From Alphaproteobacteria bacterium (GTDB lineage: Bacteria > Pseudomonadota > Alphaproteobacteria > UBA6615), in assembly GCA_049601915.1 (NCBI GenBank), contig JBMYRB010000002.1, forward strand, positions 90,553 to 154,552: DNA of 64,000 nt, in the 5' to 3' direction. Of this stretch, positions 57,725 to 64,000 are shown in pieces. Below the pieces are notes generated by a model. That model made no database searches. It was not told the DNA's origin and saw only the letters and a program-made list of their open reading frames with translations. The first letter of the stretch is position 1. Each line of letters starts with the position of its first letter. A program made the position numbers and the translations under genes.

Positions 57725-58585
57725 ATGATTCTCGATGTTGTCGATCTGCGCGATTTCTACGCCTCCAGTATCGGATCCATTGCCCGCCGCATGATCCGCC
57801 GGCAGGTGCGCAAGCTATGGCCCGACATGCGCGGCATGCGGGTGTTGGGGTTTGGCTACGCGACTCCTTACCTTACACCATTCGTCGATAAAGCCGCTCA
57901 TGTGGCGGCGGTGATGCCGACACGTATGGGTGTCTTGGCCTGGCCCGAGCGGATCACGGAGGAACGCAATCTCGCGCTTGTTGCCCATGAGGATGAAATT
58001 CCGTTGCCCGATCTGTCCGTCGACCGAATCCTTGTTGTCCATGGGCTGGAGTACAGCGAGAATGCCCATCTGATGTTACGGGAGATGTGGCGGATTCTTG
58101 CAGAAGGCGGTCGGCTGATGGTGGCCGTGCCCAACCGCCGCTCGATCTGGGCGCGTACGGATCACACACCATTCGGTCACGGGTATCCGTTCTCGACAGA
58201 GCAGCTCAACAAGGCCTTGCGGCAATCGATGTTCACGCCGGTTCGAAGTTCTCGGGCGTTGTTCTTTCCGCCGTCGCGGCGCCGGTTCTGGCTCTCGGCG
58301 GCGTCGGCCTGGGAGCGCATGGGGCTGCGTTGGCTCAATCCGGTAGGCGGGGTGACGATTGTCGAGGCGACGAAACAGATCTATGGCGGCGCCACGGCGG
58401 GTGAGAAAGTACGCCGCCGGTCCTATGTCCCGTTACCGGCCGGCGGGGCCGCGATGACGCCGGTCGAGGCGCGTCGATACGCGATTAATTCCGGCCGATC
58501 AGAAAGATCGCCTGCTCCGTCAGCAGATTCGTCCAATGACCGATCTCATTTTGGGATCGCGCCTTTCCCCGCCGATCGATCGTGA
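57725..58585 (+). CDS. Class I SAM-dependent methyltransferase
   Basis: Motif I-like RVLGFGYA and post-II LAEGGRLMV. The ORF's 3' end overlaps convergent metW by about 100 nt, and its C-terminal 30 aa are low-complexity. Confidence 0.55.
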   Translation: MILDVVDLRDFYASSIGSIARRMIRRQVRKLWPDMRGMRVLGFGYATPYLTPFVDKAAHVAAVMPTRMGVLAWPERITEERNLALVAHEDEIPLPDLSVDRILVVHGLEYSENAHLMLREMWRILAEGGRLMVAVPNRRSIWARTDHTPFGHGYPFSTEQLNKALRQSMFTPVRSSRALFFPPSRRRFWLSAASAWERMGLRWLNPVGGVTIVEATKQIYGGATAGEKVRRRSYVPLPAGGAAMTPVEARRYAINSGRSERSPAPSADSSNDRSHFGIAPFPADRS

Positions 58586-59117
58586 TGATTTGCTGGGCGG
58601 TCAGGTCCAGCTCGGCCAGGAGATCCGTGAAATCTGTCACGGTGAAAAACCGGATATTCGGCGACTCGTACCAGGTGTTGGGCAGATTATCCGAGACAGG
58701 GCTGCGACCTCGGAACAGCAAATCGGTGCGCACACGCCAATAGCCAAAATTGGGAAAACTGACGACGGCGCAGCGGCCGATTCGCAGCAACTCATGCAAC
58801 ACACCCTTCACATCGAAGATTGCCGGCAACGTCTGCGACAGAAGGGCGAAATCGAACGCGTCGGCGGGATAATTGTGTAGATCGGTTTCGGCATCGCCCT
58901 GCACCACAGCTAGCCCGCGCGCCACGCAGGTGTTCACACCTTCCTGGCTGAGCTCGATACCGCGACCGTCGACCTGGCGTTCCCGGACCAGCAGGTCGAG
59001 CAGCACACCATCGCCACAACCGACATCGATCAGGCGGCTGCCGGGGGTCACCATATCGGCGATCAGCTTCTGGTCGACGCGAATGCGTGCCGCGCTGGTT
59101 GTTTCCTGTCTGTTCAT
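58485..59117 (-). CDS. metW: Methionine biosynthesis protein MetW
   Basis: [15 protein letters not shown] motif. Its start overlaps the metX stop, as in a metXW operon. Confidence 0.85.
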   Translation of the reverse strand: MNRQETTSAARIRVDQKLIADMVTPGSRLIDVGCGDGVLLDLLVRERQVDGRGIELSQEGVNTCVARGLAVVQGDAETDLHNYPADAFDFALLSQTLPAIFDVKGVLHELLRIGRCAVVSFPNFGYWRVRTDLLFRGRSPVSDNLPNTWYESPNIRFFTVTDFTDLLAELDLTAQQIITIDRRGKARSQNEIGHWTNLLTEQAIFLIGRN

Positions 59118-60325
59118 GCGTTGGCCCCGCTCGCGGCGCGCGCGCGTTGGTCTGCCGCCCCACGAAGGAAACCGGACAGGATTCGAAAGAATTCCGGCTC
59201 GTCGAGGAGGAAGGCGTCGTGTCCTGAATCCGTCTCGATTTCGACAAAACTGACCGACGCGGCCACGGCGTTCAGGGCATGGACGATTTGCCGGGATTCT
59301 GCGGTCGGGAACAGCCAGTCGGATGTGAAGCTGACCAGACAGAACCGGACCGGAGAACCCTCGAAGGCTGCGGGCAGAAGTCCGTTATGTTCGGTGGCGA
59401 GGTCGAAATAATCCATCGCGCGGGTGATGTAGAGATAGGAATTTGCGTCAAACCGCTCGACGAACGAACGGCCTTGATGGCGCAAATAGCTCTCGATCTG
59501 AAAATCCGCGTCGAAACCGAATGTGATCTCCTGCCGATCCTGCAGGTTGCGTCCGAACTTTCGATGCAATGCGGAATCGGAAAGATAGGTGATGTGCGCG
59601 GCCATGCGCGCGACCGCGAGGCCGCGCTCCGGGTGGACGCCCTGATCGTAATAGGCACCCCCACACCAGTTCGGGTCCGCCATGATCGCCTGACGGCCGA
59701 CTTCGTGGAACGCTATGTTCTGGGCGGAGTGGCGCGCGGCGCCGGCGATTGGAATCGCGCAAAATACCATCTCGGGGTAGCGCGACGCCCATTCCAGCGC
59801 CTGCATGGCGCCCATGGATCCACCGATGACGGCGAATAGTTGGGTGATGCCCAGATGATCAATAACGCGCTTCTGGGCTGCCACCATGTCGGCGATGGTG
59901 ATGACGGGGAAATTAAGCCCGAACGGGACCCCGGTTCGCGGGTCGATATCTTTCGGCCCTGCAGTCCCCATGCACCCGCCGAGAACGTTGATGCAGATAA
60001 CAAAATATGTGTCGGTGTCGATCGTGCGGCCAGGGCCGACGATGCTCCCCCACCAGCCGTCCTTGCCGGTCACGGGATGCGTTTCCGCGACATACTGGTC
60101 ACCGGTCAGGGCGTGGCAGACGAGTATTGCGTTCGACCTGTCGTCGTTGAGTGTCCCGTAGGTCTGATAGGAGACCGCAAACGGCCCCAGCATCTGCCCG
60201 GAGGCAAGCCGCAAAGGACTTTCCTTACCCAGCACAAGCTGATGGCCCGGCAGGTCGGTGACCGCCGGTTCAACTGCGATTGCCTCGCCGGCGCTCGGAG
60301 CGCCGTCTGGTTCGTGCTTTGTCAT
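59114..60325 (-). CDS. metX: Homoserine O-acetyltransferase
   Basis: Alpha/beta hydrolase with GGSMG nucleophile and the MetX N-terminus. Confidence 0.9.
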   Translation of the reverse strand: MTKHEPDGAPSAGEAIAVEPAVTDLPGHQLVLGKESPLRLASGQMLGPFAVSYQTYGTLNDDRSNAILVCHALTGDQYVAETHPVTGKDGWWGSIVGPGRTIDTDTYFVICINVLGGCMGTAGPKDIDPRTGVPFGLNFPVITIADMVAAQKRVIDHLGITQLFAVIGGSMGAMQALEWASRYPEMVFCAIPIAGAARHSAQNIAFHEVGRQAIMADPNWCGGAYYDQGVHPERGLAVARMAAHITYLSDSALHRKFGRNLQDRQEITFGFDADFQIESYLRHQGRSFVERFDANSYLYITRAMDYFDLATEHNGLLPAAFEGSPVRFCLVSFTSDWLFPTAESRQIVHALNAVAASVSFVEIETDSGHDAFLLDEPEFFRILSGFLRGAADQRARAASGANA

Positions 60326-60482
60326 CGTCTGAGCGTGTTTTGAAGCCAGTGTTGCAGGGCAAAATGCAACCGCAACGGGGGCATAGCTATGTGGGGCCGT
60401 GGAGGGGTGTCAACGTTTTCTTTGCCAAATTCCCGAGGGAGCGATACATATTTGGCCGCTAATTTCCCGGAAGAGTAAGCCA

Positions 60483-61355
60483 ATGAGCCCCGCGCCAGAC
60501 GACCTAGCGGCGTTTCGCCGCGAGATCGATTCGATCGATGAGCAGTTGCATGATCTGCTGATGCGGCGTGGTGAAGTCGTGTCCGAGATCGGCCGTCGCA
60601 AGGCAGCAGACGGTCAGGTCACGTTTCGTCCGGCCCGCGAAGCCCAACTTCTGCGCCGGTTGCTGGCGCGCCATCAGGGCGATTTGTCTCACGCCTCCAT
60701 CTTTCGTCTCTGGCGCGAGATCATTGCCGCATCGATCCGAATCCAGGGGCAGCTGACTGTCGGTTATTGCCCGATCGAAGGACATGGTTCTGCACTGCGC
60801 CTTGCGAGTGGACATTTCGGTCTGGACACGTCCGCGCAGCATTTTGAATCTGCATCTCATGTTGTCTCCGCTGTCCATCGTGGCGAGATTTCGGTTGGTC
60901 TGGTGCCGCTTCCCGAAGCGGCCTATGCGCCGGGTTGGTGGGGCGATATTCGCGATGCGTCGGATGTGTATGTGGTCGCACGCCTGCCCTGGTTCGACGA
61001 CGTGGCGGTTGCGGCCGGCGGGGCTTCCGTTGGCGCACTTGTCCTGGCCCGTGGCGTACCGGAGAAATCCGGCGATGACTGCAGCTTGTTGATGTTCACC
61101 TGCGCCAAGCCAGTGAGCAGTGCGCGGGTGGGCGATGCATGCGCGGAGACCGGCCTTGCAGTCGCCGCCCAGGCCGTCACAGACGATCCCCACGCGGCCG
61201 ATGCGCGTATACATATTGTCGAACTAAATGGCTTCATCGACGCTGACGACGACCGCATCCAGGCCGTTGCCATGATGCTAGAGGCCTCGAATGTCCGATT
61301 GCTGGGCGCGTTTGCCCGGCCGCACGTGCCTGACGGCACAACAGGAGTAAAATAG
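60483..61355 (+). CDS. Chorismate mutase (AroQ) domain protein with a C-terminal extension
   Basis: N-terminal LAAFRREIDSIDEQLHDLLMRRGEVVSEIGRRK AroQ helix-bundle motif. Confidence 0.65.
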   Translation: MSPAPDDLAAFRREIDSIDEQLHDLLMRRGEVVSEIGRRKAADGQVTFRPAREAQLLRRLLARHQGDLSHASIFRLWREIIAASIRIQGQLTVGYCPIEGHGSALRLASGHFGLDTSAQHFESASHVVSAVHRGEISVGLVPLPEAAYAPGWWGDIRDASDVYVVARLPWFDDVAVAAGGASVGALVLARGVPEKSGDDCSLLMFTCAKPVSSARVGDACAETGLAVAAQAVTDDPHAADARIHIVELNGFIDADDDRIQAVAMMLEASNVRLLGAFARPHVPDGTTGVK

Positions 61356-62447
61356 GTGGCACCGCCAAAAGCCAAACCCGGTGTGCTCCAGATTACGCCC
61401 TACGCGGGTAGCGAGGTCGGATCAGGCGGCGCGGACCGTATTGTCATCAGCTCGAACGAAAGCGCGTTCGGGCCGTCCTGGCGTGCGATGGAGGCCTATT
61501 CTGCGTCCAGCGAGGAGATGCACCGCTATCCCGAGATCGATGCGCGGAGCCTGCGCGTGGCGCTCGCAGAGCATCATGGGCTTGAGGTCGAGCGTATCAT
61601 CTGCGGCTGTGGCTCGGACCAGCTTATCGATCTGCTCGCACTGGCCTATGCCGGGCCCGGCGATGAGACCATCTACAGCGAACATGGTTTCACCATGTAC
61701 CCGATTTCCACGCGTGGTGTCGGCGCGACACCCGTGGCGGCACCCGAAACCGATCTGACGGCCGATGTGGATGCGATCCTTGACCGGGTGAACGAACGTA
61801 CCAAGATTGTGTTTCTGGCCAATCCGAACAATCCGACCGGTAGCTATCTGGGTGATGAAGCGTTGCGCCGCTTGCATGCGGGCCTGCCGGAAGATGTCCT
61901 GCTGGTCCTTGATGCAGCCTACGCCGAATATGTGACGGCTGCGGACTATGACCCTGGCATCGCGCTGGTGCGCGAGGCATCGAATGTGGTGATGACGCGG
62001 ACTTTCTCGAAGATTTATGCGCTTGCGAGCCTGCGCATCGGCTGGGCCTATGGCCCCGCCGAGATCATCGAAATTCTCGACCGCGTGCGGCCGCCGTTCA
62101 ACGTGTCCACGCCTGCGATTGCGGCAGGCGTCGCCGCGCTTGACGATGTCGAACACACTGTGCGCTCGCGTGATCTCAACGCCGAGCTCTTGCCCTGGTT
62201 CACGGCAGAGGTCGAGGCGCTGGGGCTTACGGTTAATCCATCGGTGGGCAACTTCGTGATCGTCCGTTTCGATCCCGATAGCGACCGGAACGCCGAGGCG
62301 GCCTATCGGTTTCTGTTCGACTGCGGGATCGTGACTCGCCGCGTGGCCGGCTACGGCCTGCCCGACTGGGTGCGGATGTCAATTGGCACGCGCGACGAGA
62401 TGCGAGACGTCCTGGAAGCGCTGCGCGCGTTTGTTGAGGGCGCATGA
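61356..62447 (+). CDS. hisC: Histidinol-phosphate aminotransferase
   Basis: Class II aminotransferase with a PLP-Lys region (TFSKIYALASLRIGWA). GTG start with an AGGAG RBS. Confidence 0.9.
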   Translation: MAPPKAKPGVLQITPYAGSEVGSGGADRIVISSNESAFGPSWRAMEAYSASSEEMHRYPEIDARSLRVALAEHHGLEVERIICGCGSDQLIDLLALAYAGPGDETIYSEHGFTMYPISTRGVGATPVAAPETDLTADVDAILDRVNERTKIVFLANPNNPTGSYLGDEALRRLHAGLPEDVLLVLDAAYAEYVTAADYDPGIALVREASNVVMTRTFSKIYALASLRIGWAYGPAEIIEILDRVRPPFNVSTPAIAAGVAALDDVEHTVRSRDLNAELLPWFTAEVEALGLTVNPSVGNFVIVRFDPDSDRNAEAAYRFLFDCGIVTRRVAGYGLPDWVRMSIGTRDEMRDVLEALRAFVEGA

Positions 62448-63412
62448 CCGATACGCAGATATTCGACCGGGTGGCCATCATCGGGATTGGTCTCATCGGC
62501 TCGTCCCTGGCCCATGCGATCCGGGCGAATAGGTTGGCGGCACATGTCGCCTGTCACGATGCCGATGCGGACGTGCGTGCGCGCGCTGAAGCTCTCGATA
62601 TTGTCGACAGCATGCATGCCGATATTGGTGCGGCCGTGGACGGGGCCGACCTGATCATCGTTGCAACACCTGTGGGTGCAGTCGGCGCCGTCGCGGCGGC
62701 GATGGCGGAGCATCTGAAACCGGGTGCAATCGTCACCGATGTGGGTTCGGTCAAGGGTTCGGTCATCGCGGCGATGACGCCCCATATTCCTGATGGCGTA
62801 CATCTGGTCCCGGGTCATCCTGTTGCGGGTACGGAGCATTCCGGGCCGGAATCCGGTTTCGCCGAGCTGTTCCAGAACCGTTTCTCGATTCTAACCCCGC
62901 CGCCCAACGCTGATGCCGGCGCGGTTGATAGCCTGTCGCGGCTCTGGCAGGGAATGGGAGCGGATGTCGAGGTTATGGATGCCGAACATCACGACCGCGT
63001 GCTAGCGATCACCAGTCATCTGCCGCATCTGATTGCGTTCACCATCGTCGCCACCGCCGCCGACCTCGAGACAGAATTGGAAGCAAAGCCGCAAGACGAC
63101 GAGGTGGTGACAACCCGTGAGGTGATCAAGTACTCGGCTGGCGGGTTCCGTGATTTCACGCGGATCGCGGCGTCCGATCCTGTCATGTGGCGTGACGTCT
63201 TCCTGCTTAACAAGGATGCGGTTCTCGAGATGCTCGGCCGGTTTACCGAAGATTTGACGGCCCTGCAGCGTGCGATCCGCAAGGATGATGGCGACGCCTT
63301 GTTCGAGATGTTCACCCGCACGCGCGATATTCGCCGGGGTGTCATCGAGGCGCGCCAGGCGGGGCGCTTCCAATATACCGAGAACGGCCAGTCGTCCGAG
63401 GACGACAGCTGA
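62444..63412 (+). CDS. tyrC: Prephenate/arogenate (cyclohexadienyl) dehydrogenase
   Basis: VAIIGIGLIGSSLA Rossmann fold and a TyrA catalytic region (HLVPGHPVAGTEHSG). Confidence 0.85.
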   Translation: MTDTQIFDRVAIIGIGLIGSSLAHAIRANRLAAHVACHDADADVRARAEALDIVDSMHADIGAAVDGADLIIVATPVGAVGAVAAAMAEHLKPGAIVTDVGSVKGSVIAAMTPHIPDGVHLVPGHPVAGTEHSGPESGFAELFQNRFSILTPPPNADAGAVDSLSRLWQGMGADVEVMDAEHHDRVLAITSHLPHLIAFTIVATAADLETELEAKPQDDEVVTTREVIKYSAGGFRDFTRIAASDPVMWRDVFLLNKDAVLEMLGRFTEDLTALQRAIRKDDGDALFEMFTRTRDIRRGVIEARQAGRFQYTENGQSSEDDS

Positions 63413-63413
63413 T

Positions 63414-64000
63414 CTAGTGCCAGTGAACGGTTGGCAAGCGCAGTAGCGGGATCGGGCCGATCGAGAGCTGCCGGTCCTGAATTGAAACCGGAACCCGGGC
63501 CTGTGGCGCTCCGCCATTTGCGGGTGCGCGGGTCAGCACCGCCAACGCGATCCGCGCAATCGTGGCCTGTTGCGGGCGCATCTGTCCGGTTTTCTCCAGC
63601 AGACTAACCACCCGGTCCAGGCCTGCGATTTGGGCCGTGAAAGCGCCGATCGGCTGCAAGGCGTCATCGACAGCGAGTGCACCTTCACCGGTGATCTGTA
63701 GCGGGCCCCAGGCCAACGAAAAATCCGTGAGCTCGAGGGTTCCACCCGCGTCGCGCCAGCGTGCCAGGACATCGGGTGACAAATCAGTCGGGTTAAGCAG
63801 ACCGCGGACAGAGAATTGTCCTGCCAGTTGATCGAGATTGCGGCCGAGCGTATCTACGAGGTTTGGATCAAGTTCGGCCGAGGCCAGAGATACGCCCGAC
63901 AAGGAAAATGTCAGGGATTGGCCGATGGAATCTGGATGAATTTCGTCTGTGGAGCCGTCGCCGTGGGCGCCCTTTTGGGACCATTCGAACGCGGCGCGCT
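63414..64000 (-). CDS. DUF2125-like hypothetical protein, 5'-partial (continues beyond the window end)
   Basis: The reading frame is open to the window edge. Its position downstream of tyrC is typical for DUF2125 genes in alphaproteobacteria. Confidence 0.45.
   Translation of the reverse strand, partial: RAAFEWSQKGAHGDGSTDEIHPDSIGQSLTFSLSGVSLASAELDPNLVDTLGRNLDQLAGQFSVRGLLNPTDLSPDVLARWRDAGGTLELTDFSLAWGPLQITGEGALAVDDALQPIGAFTAQIAGLDRVVSLLEKTGQMRPQQATIARIALAVLTRAPANGGAPQARVPVSIQDRQLSIGPIPLLRLPTVHWH

Overview
This is a high-GC (~63%) chromosomal segment with typical alphaproteobacterial core-gene synteny. No CRISPR array, transposase or integrase was seen. Most of the window is housekeeping, in this order:
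- a 5'-truncated COG0523/CobW-type GTPase, a fused alpha/beta TPP-dependent E1 dehydrogenase, a VOC protein and an enolase-superfamily gene
- dcp and an isocitrate/isopropylmalate-dehydrogenase family gene
- two gene remnants, then a BKACE (kce-like) gene
- a lower-GC islet with one HNH nuclease, abutting tRNA-Ser(CGA)
- rplU-rpmA, then obgE-proB-(EamA)-proA-nadD-rsfS-rlmH
- gpmA, an EnvC-like M23 protein, ctpA, a YibQ-like deacetylase and rppH
- a diiron ferritin-like protein
- the atpHAGDC operon on the minus strand, preceded by priA
- tal, DUF484 and xerC
- two more gene remnants
- mdh-sucCDAB-lpdA on the minus strand, then zapE
- a small uncharacterised cluster (SAF-domain NAD oxidoreductase, CMD/AhpD-like protein, EctD-like Fe/2OG dioxygenase)
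- a secreted hypothetical gene interrupted by an in-frame TAG
- sdhCDAB on the minus strand
- a 1.36 kb gene-free, unexplained gap
- pdxY, a LysE exporter, a GST, a methyltransferase, metXW, a chorismate mutase-like gene, hisC, tyrC and a partial DUF2125-like gene.
The regions most worth follow-up are:
- the single-gene HNH-nuclease islet inserted beside tRNA-Ser
- two deletion-scar-like junctions where 3' gene fragments diverge from a common point
- the in-frame amber stop in a secreted protein
- the large non-coding gap upstream of sdhC
- an orphan fused E1 alpha/beta dehydrogenase next to a metallochaperone-type GTPase.
I found no clearly novel multi-gene system. All calls are from reading the sequence and the six-frame translations; no database searches were run.
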